Shown here piece after piece: positions 10,029-18,688 of a stretch of DNA of 64,000 nt (positions are counted from its first letter, which is position 1; every line of letters starts with the position of its first letter). Source of the stretch: a virus; IMG/VR virus record IMGVR_UViG_3300009593_002680; one strand, written 5' to 3'. Below the pieces are notes generated by a model. It searched no databases and was not told the origin of the DNA. It saw only the letters and a list, made by a program, of their open reading frames with translations. Position numbers and translations under genes: made by a program.

Positions 10029-10151
10029 ATTAGAAAGTATCCGAGTGGTATTTCGTATATTAGGTGGGGTCGTGTGGTAAAACACACCACGAAACAAGAG
10101 TTGATTTTAACCGTGCCCAGTAAAGTCCTTAAGTGTACTATACTTTCTAAT
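10029..10151 (+). ncRNA. candidate structured RNA of unknown class
   Basis: 12-bp terminal inverted repeat (ATTAGAAAGTAT / ATACTTTCTAAT), inner helices TTTCGT/ACGAAA and GTGTG/CACAC; lies between promoter and tRNA-Thr. Confidence 0.5.
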
Positions 10152-10155
10152 TCGG

Positions 10156-10231
<76 letters not shown>

Positions 10232-10232
10232 T

Positions 10233-10307
10233 GCCCTGTTCGTCTAGTGGTGAGGACACCGGGTTTTCATCCCGGCAACAGGAGTTCGATTCTCCTACAG
10301 GGTACCA
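10233..10307 (+). tRNA. tRNA-Glu(UUC)
   Basis: Acceptor GCCCTGT/ACAGGGT, anticodon arm CCGGG-TTTTCAT-CCCGG, GTTCGATTC, encoded CCA. Confidence 0.95.
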
Positions 10308-10328
10308 GTTTAAAAATTTAATAATATT

Positions 10329-10604
10329 ATGGGACAGTACGACGATAGAGTAGAAAGGCAAAGGCAAGTTTTGTTGGCAGAAGAGTGGGCAAAAACACCT
10401 AGGTCAATTCATGTACATGGAATGACGTCAATGTGGTATGAAACTGAAGAGACTGAAGCAGAACTAATAGAAAATGGTACTGTAACAGATACACAATATA
10501 ATAGTGGAATTATTACAAGGCATAGGAATGGAAAACTTGTTCATACTTTTGGCGAAGAATTGAAAGGCGATGCATTAGTTGATTCATTTCGTAGACATAC
10601 TTAA
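10329..10604 (+). CDS. hypothetical protein
   Basis: 91 aa ORF after the tRNAs. Confidence 0.6.
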   Translation: MGQYDDRVERQRQVLLAEEWAKTPRSIHVHGMTSMWYETEETEAELIENGTVTDTQYNSGIITRHRNGKLVHTFGEELKGDALVDSFRRHT

Positions 10605-10626
10605 AAAAATACCGATAAATACTAGC

Positions 10627-11130
10627 ATGAAAGAATTTTTTAAAAGTGCTGGATTATTATTAGGTTGTATATTATTAAGTAGATTTATACTCCCTGACAA
10701 CATAACACCTTTAATAGCAATGGCAGTTTTCATGCCATACCTAACATCAAATAAACAATTACAAATGTTTTTACCTGTTAGTATGTTATTTGTAACAGAT
10801 ATTTTCTTAGGGTTTTATAGCACTATGTGGCTAACTTATGGAATAATGGCCCTTATAGGCTTCATCTCCCGGGTTTTAAATAACGGACAGTACTCAACAC
10901 TAATGGGAACTTCTGCATTAAGTGTTGTTTTATGGCACTTAATTATAAACATTCCGGGACCTTTTCCACCTTTTTCACCAGAAGCATTGGTGTTTGATTT
11001 AAGATTATTAGCAAGTACTTTGGTATTTGCAAGTATATTTTATGCAATACAAAGAGCAGTTACACCTGAATTAGCAGAAGTAATTAATATTAACAATAAA
11101 CAAAAACAAAAATATGTCGGACGAATTTAA
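10627..11130 (+). CDS. multi-TM membrane protein, DUF6580 / ECF S-component-like
   Basis: RFILPDNITPLIAMAVF and LPVSMLFVTDIFLGFY pattern, about 5 TM segments; start moved to the ATG 5 nt after ATAAATA (10615-10621). Confidence 0.55.
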   Translation: MKEFFKSAGLLLGCILLSRFILPDNITPLIAMAVFMPYLTSNKQLQMFLPVSMLFVTDIFLGFYSTMWLTYGIMALIGFISRVLNNGQYSTLMGTSALSVVLWHLIINIPGPFPPFSPEALVFDLRLLASTLVFASIFYAIQRAVTPELAEVININNKQKQKYVGRI

Positions 11131-11665
11131 AGTAGATTTAGTAGAACCAAGAAACCCAGCACTTCACACAGTTGCAAGTGTAAACCCATTTGATGATAAA
11201 GATGCAAATTGGGAAGAACGTGAAAAAGAAATGATACAACTCATGCATGATAGGTTTGGCATAGGACTTGCCGCTCCACAATTAGGTATGGGTTATAGAA
11301 TGTTTGTTATGACATTATCTACAGGAGAGAATGTAGGTGTTTATAATCCTGAGATATTAGAATTCAGTAAAGAAGAAGTTGCTATGGAAGAAGGTTGTTT
11401 AACATTTCCTTTATTGTATTTTATAGTAACAAGACCAGAAAAAGTTAAAGTTAAGTTTCAAACAGTTGACCAAGAAGAAGTTGAAGATTGGTTAGAAGGT
11501 ATGGACGCAAGATGTTTTCAACACGAGTTTGACCATTTAAATGGCAAGTTATATTTAGAGTATGCAAGTGATATGAAATTACAACGTGCTATGAAAAAAC
11601 GTGATAAGAAAATTAAAATTTTACAAACAGATTTAGACTTGCGTAAAATTGAAAATGAGTCTTAA
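11114..11665 (+). CDS. def: peptide deformylase
   Basis: GIGLAAPQ, EGCLT and QHEFDH motifs. Confidence 0.95.
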   Translation: MSDEFKVDLVEPRNPALHTVASVNPFDDKDANWEEREKEMIQLMHDRFGIGLAAPQLGMGYRMFVMTLSTGENVGVYNPEILEFSKEEVAMEEGCLTFPLLYFIVTRPEKVKVKFQTVDQEEVEDWLEGMDARCFQHEFDHLNGKLYLEYASDMKLQRAMKKRDKKIKILQTDLDLRKIENES

Positions 11666-12515
11666 CTATCCATTTTGGGTTAATAACTTTGACAGAGTAA
11701 GAGACCACAAACTTAAATTTCCTTTATCTAGTAAAATATTTGAACACCCTGTATCATTTTGGTATGGTGAACGTAATGGCAAATGCATTGGTAAACTAGA
11801 TAAGAGTCTTAAAAGATTATTCAATAGAACGGCACCTCAGTTGCCCATATTAGTCGTGTATAACATGCCTAATAGAGATATGGGTCATTACAGTAAAGGT
11901 GGTGCTAAAACACGTGAAAGTTATTTGTTATTTTTATTAGAGTTTGCTAGAGGCATTGGTAAAAACAAACCTATTGTTATATTTGAACCTGATAGTTTAC
12001 CTCATACAACACTTATGGAAGATAAAGATGCTGAGTGGCGTTTAAATTTAATGAAAGAAGGATTAGAATTACTAACAGATAGATGTGATGCTTTAGTGTA
12101 TATAGACATTGGGCATAGTAATTGGTTAAGTCCTAAAGATGCAAACATGTTATTAGACAAAGTTAGTAACGATAAAGTAAGAGGGTTTGCTGTAAATGTA
12201 AGTAATTATAGAACAACACAAGAAAGCATGGAGTGGAGTAAAAAAGTATGTGAGCATAGACCTAATGATTATTTTGTTATAGATACAAGTCGTAATGGAA
12301 ATGGTCCTCACGGAAATGAATGGTGTAATCCACCAGGGAGAAGTTTAGGAATACCGCCTACATGTGATACAGGTGATGAACAATGTGATGCTTTTTTATG
12401 GATTAAGATACCAGGAGAAAGCGATGGCAAAGCAAACAAAGGACCTAAAGCAGGAAAGTTCTGGGGTGAAATGGCAGAAGAATTAGTTAATAACACTTTT
12501 GGAAACAATAAATAG
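11655..12515 (+). CDS. glycoside hydrolase family 6 (cellulase-type beta-1,4-glucanase)
   Basis: VVYNMPNRD, EPDSL, YIDIGHSNW, NVSNY, IDTSRNG, WCNPPGR, WIKIPGESDG. Confidence 0.9.
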   Translation: MSLNYPFWVNNFDRVRDHKLKFPLSSKIFEHPVSFWYGERNGKCIGKLDKSLKRLFNRTAPQLPILVVYNMPNRDMGHYSKGGAKTRESYLLFLLEFARGIGKNKPIVIFEPDSLPHTTLMEDKDAEWRLNLMKEGLELLTDRCDALVYIDIGHSNWLSPKDANMLLDKVSNDKVRGFAVNVSNYRTTQESMEWSKKVCEHRPNDYFVIDTSRNGNGPHGNEWCNPPGRSLGIPPTCDTGDEQCDAFLWIKIPGESDGKANKGPKAGKFWGEMAEELVNNTFGNNK

Positions 12516-12519
12516 TAGC

Positions 12520-13200
12520 ATGGATATAGAATACATAAGAGGACCATTCGAACATGCTATAATAGATAATATTATATCTGATGAAGATTGTAATCAATTG
12601 TGGAATTTAGCAAACAACATTCCAGAAGATAGCATAGACTTTGCAAGGGGCGGTGAGCAACAAGACAATGCTTACATGTGGAATAATAATGCAGGACATA
12701 GTGCAACACACGAAGTTATAGATGGACGTTTACATTATGCTGTAACATTAGCAAGTAGAATGTTTGATGACTATAATGATGAACTTTTTACATGGTCTTG
12801 TGCCCTTACAGAAACAAATAGAAATCATGGCAACTTTTTATATCCACATAATGACGACCCAGAAGTAATTAAATTAAGAGATCCAACAGGAACTTATGTA
12901 CCAGCACCAATAAAAGCAGTATTGTATATTCCACACTATAGAACACAATATCGACACTACGGAACTAAAATTTATAATGATAATGACAGAGCAAGTTTTG
13001 TTAGAGAAATAAAATTCGAAACTGCAAGATGTTTTATGTTTAAAACAGGTCCACATAGTTGGCATGGTACAGATTTTGTTAAAGGTATGCCAGAAAGAAG
13101 ATTCTTTTATACTTGTGAATACTTACCAAGAGAATTAGTAAATGACGTAGAAACAGAGTATGGACCAGATGCAACTCCAACAGGTACACCAGATGGATAG
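12520..13200 (+). CDS. 2OG-Fe(II) oxygenase-like protein
   Basis: PHND...WHG...RR motif; start moved to the ATG 5 nt after ATAAATA (12508-12514). Confidence 0.65.
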   Translation: MDIEYIRGPFEHAIIDNIISDEDCNQLWNLANNIPEDSIDFARGGEQQDNAYMWNNNAGHSATHEVIDGRLHYAVTLASRMFDDYNDELFTWSCALTETNRNHGNFLYPHNDDPEVIKLRDPTGTYVPAPIKAVLYIPHYRTQYRHYGTKIYNDNDRASFVREIKFETARCFMFKTGPHSWHGTDFVKGMPERRFFYTCEYLPRELVNDVETEYGPDATPTGTPDG

Positions 13201-13867
13201 TTATTGGGAATGGAATAAAGAAAATTTCCCTTGGCACTATGATCCAAGTAGTAAAGAAAAAGACGTGCAATACGTTGGTAGATTTACATGTAATAATTTT
13301 GATGATATAATAAAAACAGCAGTTAGTAGATTTAAACCTGGAGATGAATACGACGAAGTAAGTATTAAAGGTGAACCTTATAACGATGAAGCAAAAGAAA
13401 TTATGGAAGGCTACCATAATGATTTAACTAGAGCAGGATTTAATCAACACAATACAGGCGGTAGGCAAACAAGAGATAACTTACCTAGACAATTAGTTTC
13501 TATGGGACAAAAATCAGGATTATGGAATCCTCAGATAATGTTTTTAGAGCAACCACCAGGAAAGTTCATACCTTGGCATAGAGATAGTTATAATAACTAC
13601 AGAAGAAACTTTGCTAAAGTAAGCGATACAACAGAAGTAATACGTTATTTGGTACAGTTAAATGATTGGCAATGGGGTCATTATGTTAGTGTTGGCAACG
13701 ATGTAATACATCAATATAGTATAGGCGACATACATTGTTGGCCCGAAGGCATATATCATTGTACAGGTAATGCAGGATTATGGCCCAGATACTGTTTAAC
13801 TATTACAGGTTGTGTAACTGAATCAGCATTACACTTAAAAGACCCAAAAGAAATAAAGATACCATAA
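13193..13867 (+). CDS. 2OG-Fe(II) oxygenase-like protein
   Basis: PWHRD...HCTGN...R pattern; ATG overlapping the upstream stop. Confidence 0.65.
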   Translation: MDSYWEWNKENFPWHYDPSSKEKDVQYVGRFTCNNFDDIIKTAVSRFKPGDEYDEVSIKGEPYNDEAKEIMEGYHNDLTRAGFNQHNTGGRQTRDNLPRQLVSMGQKSGLWNPQIMFLEQPPGKFIPWHRDSYNNYRRNFAKVSDTTEVIRYLVQLNDWQWGHYVSVGNDVIHQYSIGDIHCWPEGIYHCTGNAGLWPRYCLTITGCVTESALHLKDPKEIKIP

Positions 13868-14541
13868 TGGAAGTTTTTAAACGATTAAATATAGAATTCG
13901 ATTATGCACAATTAAGAAAAGATGTGTGGAATACGTTTGATTCTATTAGAAACGAAGCAAGTGGTACTGAGAATGAAATACTTGCAAATCGTAATCAATG
14001 CTTAACAGTATCAGAAGAGAATAGTGATAATTGGTTAGATGGTGTTGCTGGAAAAACAATACAGAATAATACAAGAGAACTTAATCATATAACTGCCCAA
14101 CTAGATGATTCAAATGAAATAGTAGATGAAACACGTTTTATACATCCTATTAAACAAATACACGGTACTTACTTAGAACAGTTTATACAAGGCTTCACAG
14201 ACGTTTACAGATGGCGTATAAGTGTGCTACCACCAAGAACTACATTAAGCATACATAAAGACGGTAGTCCTATGATGGCAACATTTAATAGTGGTAATGC
14301 AGTATTAGATTGGAGATTACATTTTCCGATTATAACAAACAACAGATGTTTTTTAGTTAATTGGCCCGATGATTTTACAGGTGCTAGTGATGAAGGACAA
14401 GAAGTATCTTTACAAATGGCACATTTTAAAGCAGGTAATAGTTATCTATTGAATACTAGTAAAACGCATTGTGCTACTAATTATAGCGACAAAGAACGAA
14501 TACACTTAATTGCAAGTGTTAGTAATATAAAACAATTCTAA
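13867..14541 (+). CDS. Asp/Asn beta-hydroxylase-like 2OG-Fe(II) oxygenase
   Basis: LPPRTTLSIHKD, LHFPIITN, HCATNY...RIHLI. Confidence 0.7.
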   Translation: MEVFKRLNIEFDYAQLRKDVWNTFDSIRNEASGTENEILANRNQCLTVSEENSDNWLDGVAGKTIQNNTRELNHITAQLDDSNEIVDETRFIHPIKQIHGTYLEQFIQGFTDVYRWRISVLPPRTTLSIHKDGSPMMATFNSGNAVLDWRLHFPIITNNRCFLVNWPDDFTGASDEGQEVSLQMAHFKAGNSYLLNTSKTHCATNYSDKERIHLIASVSNIKQF

Positions 14542-14555
14542 AAAATATACAATCA

Positions 14556-15305
14556 TTAAGCAGGTTTCTTAATAACCATTGGATTTTGGATACTCCACAT
14601 TGGAGGTAACCGTCTTGTTACAACTTCAGCATTAGGTAAAAGATTAGATAATCTATTTGTTAAAGAATCATTTTCCCAAAATATAGAAAAGTGTGTACTT
14701 TCTAAACATGCATCTTCACCTGAAGTAGGGACTCTATCAACATCAATATGTACAGTATCGTTATCTATTAATGTAAGCCATTTACAATTTTCTGATGATT
14801 CTATGAGTTGTTGTTCTACCATACCATATTCATGTGTACGTCTAACAATAAAGTAGTTTAGTGCAACTTCTCTCATAAACACTCCCCAAATAATAGCACC
14901 ACCTGGATTTAAGTGTTCATAACATTGAGTAGTTAAATCATCTAGAATGTTTGGATCTAAATTAGCAGTTTTCATCCAACAAAATATAAAATCAAATTTT
15001 TCATCACCACTCCATGGCATAGGTTCATCTATATTACCACTTGGGTGATTCATTTGATTATGATGGTCCCAAAATCTAAAGTCTGCATTTGGGTAATCTT
15101 CTATACCTTGTTGTAATGCTTCATGAGATGTTTCGAAAACAGTATAATTTTCTTCTTTAACAATGTTTTCAGGGTCTGCTAAAAGTTGTCCTGCATTACC
15201 ATATATTTCTAATACTTTTGCATTAGATAAATCTAAATCTACATTTGCTGTAGAAAATGCTGTATTAATATAATTGCATTTAGGTTGGTATGCTTCTACT
15301 GTCAT
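14556..15305 (-). CDS. class I SAM methyltransferase-like protein
   Basis: VLEIYGNAG, FDFIFC, HLNPGG; similar layout to 8995..9774. Confidence 0.65.
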   Translation of the reverse strand: MTVEAYQPKCNYINTAFSTANVDLDLSNAKVLEIYGNAGQLLADPENIVKEENYTVFETSHEALQQGIEDYPNADFRFWDHHNQMNHPSGNIDEPMPWSGDEKFDFIFCWMKTANLDPNILDDLTTQCYEHLNPGGAIIWGVFMREVALNYFIVRRTHEYGMVEQQLIESSENCKWLTLIDNDTVHIDVDRVPTSGEDACLESTHFSIFWENDSLTNRLSNLLPNAEVVTRRLPPMWSIQNPMVIKKPA

Positions 15306-15345
15306 AATTTATGTCCTTGTAATTATAACAGTATTTATTGAGTTG

Positions 15346-15960
15346 TTATAGTAGTTGCCCACCAAAATTGGTTAAGTCTTCTTGTAAATCTTCTTCGTTA
15401 ATTACAACAGGAACATATATTTGTGGGAATACATGGCATGGACAGTTTTGTAAAGAACCATGTCTTATTATTTCGTTTGTATCATTATGCTTACTCCATG
15501 TTAATCCAAATGGAGCATTTTCTCTTTTAATGTGTGATTTAGCAAGTTCTGTCCAATCCCAACGTTCTTGTACACTTGCTGGAATACCTATTCTGTTTAC
15601 AGGAACTAAATCAATTTCATTATTAGCACCTTGACCCCAAATAGTATTTTGCTCTACTACTTCGTCTTCTCTATTTCTATATCTAGTGCTAAGAACTTTC
15701 ACACCTACAATATCTTTATAGTTTTCTATTATCCAATCTAATTCTGTACACCATTCGTCATTATCACCACTTATAGGTTGTTCCTTATGTGGCTGTAACC
15801 AATCTTCGGGTTCATCTGGAAATTGTCTTATACGTCTATCAAACTCGCCGTCTATATACTTGTCTATATTTTGACCACCATCTACTGTAGTGTATCTAAG
15901 ATTATCTATCTCAAATGTAAGTCGGTTTTCTGAGTAATTGGGAACCCAGTCTAACTGCAT
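15346..15960 (-). CDS. hypothetical protein
   Basis: 204 aa ORF in the minus-strand late block. Confidence 0.6.
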   Translation of the reverse strand: MQLDWVPNYSENRLTFEIDNLRYTTVDGGQNIDKYIDGEFDRRIRQFPDEPEDWLQPHKEQPISGDNDEWCTELDWIIENYKDIVGVKVLSTRYRNREDEVVEQNTIWGQGANNEIDLVPVNRIGIPASVQERWDWTELAKSHIKRENAPFGLTWSKHNDTNEIIRHGSLQNCPCHVFPQIYVPVVINEEDLQEDLTNFGGQLL

Positions 15961-15961
15961 G

Positions 15962-16822
15962 TTAAACTCCGGATGGGTTTATATCGTCTTGTTCTACTTC
16001 TGCTTTGCTTATTTCTAATGCTTCTGGTTCAGGGGCATTAAGTTCGCTTTCTAAGTAATGTTTAGCATCTGACAAGTATTGTCCTGCTTTAACTACTTTT
16101 GCTTGCCACCAATGAGGGAAATCTCCGTTTGGTAAATCTCCTAGCATTTTGTATAGTTCTACACTATATTTGCCTAACTTAAATAATTCCTTGCGAATCA
16201 TATCAGGCTCGTTATCTCTGTGTCCGATAACGTCTTTTGTTACTTCTTCATCTTCGTTAATTGATTCATCTTGTTCATCGCCTACGCCATGTCCTTTTTC
16301 AAACCAAGATTTTAATTCAGCCTGCATGTCTTGTTCTTCAGGCTCAAAATATGTGAAGTCATCTGCAACTTCTTTGCTTTCTCCTGATGGAGATGTAATT
16401 GTTAGTTTGTGAATTGTGTAACCGCTTCTTTCACCATTATATTCTAATGTATAACTGTACTCACCTGCTTCTTCTTCTAGTCCTGCAAGTTCTTTAATTC
16501 TTGAAAGGTCACCTTCAAATGCATCAGGTTCTTTTACACCTTTTGCTGTATTTCTTTCTTTTTCATCATCAAATGCTGAATTAACACTAGGTACTTTATC
16601 AGGCTCTTGCCTTCTCATAGTCTTTTCTTGTCCGTATTCTCTTTCTAAACTAGGCATTTTATCTTGAAATTGACCTAATGTTATATTAGGATATTTCTCT
16701 ATTGCCCAAGCAAAAAAGTTTCCAATACCAAACTGTTTGCCTTTTTGTGCAACTTTATCTCTAGTACTAGCACGTTTCATGCCAGCGGATTTAAAATCTA
16801 AAACGTTTTTATCGTCAGCCAT
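15962..16822 (-). CDS. acidic hypothetical protein, possibly virion-associated
   Basis: D/E-rich, modular, contains IKELAGL motif. Confidence 0.55.
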   Translation of the reverse strand: MADDKNVLDFKSAGMKRASTRDKVAQKGKQFGIGNFFAWAIEKYPNITLGQFQDKMPSLEREYGQEKTMRRQEPDKVPSVNSAFDDEKERNTAKGVKEPDAFEGDLSRIKELAGLEEEAGEYSYTLEYNGERSGYTIHKLTITSPSGESKEVADDFTYFEPEEQDMQAELKSWFEKGHGVGDEQDESINEDEEVTKDVIGHRDNEPDMIRKELFKLGKYSVELYKMLGDLPNGDFPHWWQAKVVKAGQYLSDAKHYLESELNAPEPEALEISKAEVEQDDINPSGV

Positions 16823-18420
16823 TACACTAATCCTGCTAATTTTTTAATTTCTTCCATTTCGTAATCAGGTTCACCATGGTCTTTAAAGTCTGCATTATGA
16901 ACAGTATCTTCTATAACACCTAATACAATTTCATCTCTATCGTCATCTGAATGTAAGCCATGTTCTCTGCCATACTCATCGATTTCGTCACCTAACTCTT
17001 CTAAACTAAGACCCATAACTTCTGCTAGGTCTTCTTCACCATTTTCGTATGCAGTGATTAATCTGTCATGTAATTCATCTTCTTGACTTGGTTCACCAAA
17101 TGGAGCACTTTCATCTTTGTAACCTTTTTCCATTTCTTCTTGACTTGGCTCGCCTGCATCTGAAGGAACATAGTCAGGATGTTCTTCATTATATGTTTTA
17201 TTAAGTTCTTCCCAATCCCACATACCTTTGTATTCTGCATCAAATTCTTCTTCACTCATTTGCATAGCATCGATGATTATATCTTTTAATCTACCTTCAT
17301 CTACTATACCATAATCTTCTCTTACATCATTTAAGTCCATCTCAGGTGCAACAAAACTTTCTGATTGTTGTACAATCTTTTTATCGTAAGCAAAGTCTAT
17401 CATATTTTTAAGACCTTTGCTTGTTTGTATTGCATCTAAGAACTTTTCTCTAGCAGATTGTTCTTCTCCCATTCTAGCACTTGACAACATGTCCATCATT
17501 TGCTTTAATGCTTTTGCTTCTGCAGGTGAAACGTCAACTGATTGACCATCGTCTGTTTTTACTTGAGTGACCGGAGTAAATTTTTTGATTTTCATTGCAT
17601 CAGCATCTTGACTAACTTCATCGCTATCTATGATTTTACCTAATTGGGTAATCATACTGTCTTGCTCGTATCCTGGTTTTGTTGCATATTCGTCATCATC
17701 GTCATTTGTCATGCCGGTATCAACGTCTGCATCAAAGTTTACTGGCGGTGCTTCGTTAAGCATACCTGCCAAAAATTTCATAATGTCTAATTGTTCACTC
17801 ATTTTTTCACCTATTAATTTGTCTTTGAAAAGATTAAATATGTTTTCATTAAATTCTCCCATATATTTTTGGAAGATTTCCTTTCTCTTTTCAGTATCTT
17901 CAACACTTGTGAATGCTTTTCTAAAAGCACTTGCACTTGCAACTTCACCTCTACCTGCTACTGTAGGAGCAAGATAAATGTATCCTCTATCACTCATTGG
18001 TAATGCAGGATGTTGCTCTAATGTATTTATCATCTGATAGTAAGTTGGACGGGTTTCTCCTCGTAGAGACATGTTTAAACCTGTAGAATCGTCGATATTT
18101 TTCATTGGAAACCTATCTTCGTCCTTTCCACCTACTGCAAATATGACCATTGTGTTCTTTTGGTCAAATTCTTTCATGTAACTATCTATTAAGTATGGAT
18201 TTGCGGCAAGTATGATATTCTCTTCTGGAATACCATGCATTTGTGTTATAATTTCTTTTTTTTCTTCAAAACTAAAAGGACTTTTACTTCCTTCTACTTT
18301 ATTTGATGTAGCAACATATACTTCAGCACCTGGAAATTGTGCCTGTAGTTTACTATATACTTCCTGATGATGTGGGAGCATAGGTTGAAATCTACCTGGA
18401 TATATTACTATTTTTTTCAT
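16822..18420 (-). CDS. HIGH-superfamily nucleotidyltransferase-like domain fused to long acidic tail
   Basis: IYPGRFQPMLPHH, SPFSFEEK, VGGKD, SASAFRK; acidic C-terminal half ending EIKKLAGLV. Confidence 0.7.
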   Translation of the reverse strand: MKKIVIYPGRFQPMLPHHQEVYSKLQAQFPGAEVYVATSNKVEGSKSPFSFEEKKEIITQMHGIPEENIILAANPYLIDSYMKEFDQKNTMVIFAVGGKDEDRFPMKNIDDSTGLNMSLRGETRPTYYQMINTLEQHPALPMSDRGYIYLAPTVAGRGEVASASAFRKAFTSVEDTEKRKEIFQKYMGEFNENIFNLFKDKLIGEKMSEQLDIMKFLAGMLNEAPPVNFDADVDTGMTNDDDDEYATKPGYEQDSMITQLGKIIDSDEVSQDADAMKIKKFTPVTQVKTDDGQSVDVSPAEAKALKQMMDMLSSARMGEEQSAREKFLDAIQTSKGLKNMIDFAYDKKIVQQSESFVAPEMDLNDVREDYGIVDEGRLKDIIIDAMQMSEEEFDAEYKGMWDWEELNKTYNEEHPDYVPSDAGEPSQEEMEKGYKDESAPFGEPSQEDELHDRLITAYENGEEDLAEVMGLSLEELGDEIDEYGREHGLHSDDDRDEIVLGVIEDTVHNADFKDHGEPDYEMEEIKKLAGLV

Positions 18421-18686
18421 AATTCTACAATTCTTACTGTTAAGTCTGTGCTACCTTTAATAAGTTTATGTATAGAATTTTTATTGATATGGATTGATGT
18501 GCCTGGGCCTATCTCTTTTGCTGTTTCACCTTGGTATTGAAATTTCCAACCAACACCTTCTAAAACTTGCATAAATCTTGTACTACCATCTGTGTGCCAA
18601 TCTAATTCTATGTGGTCTAAACTTGTTAATGGTATTTTTTTCTCAAACACATTATTATTTTTCTCTAGTGTCTGTGTGCTTGGCAT
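18417..18686 (-). CDS. small cupin-like protein
   Basis: WHTD...VLEGVGW...IHKLIKG. Confidence 0.55.
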   Translation of the reverse strand: MPSTQTLEKNNNVFEKKIPLTSLDHIELDWHTDGSTRFMQVLEGVGWKFQYQGETAKEIGPGTSIHINKNSIHKLIKGSTDLTVRIVEL

Positions 18687-18688
18687 GA

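Noticed and set aside
10029-10151. 5S rRNA, SRP RNA or hammerhead ribozyme
   Set aside because: Size fits, but conserved 5S motifs, the SRP GGAAG/AGCAG loop and CUGAnGA are missing
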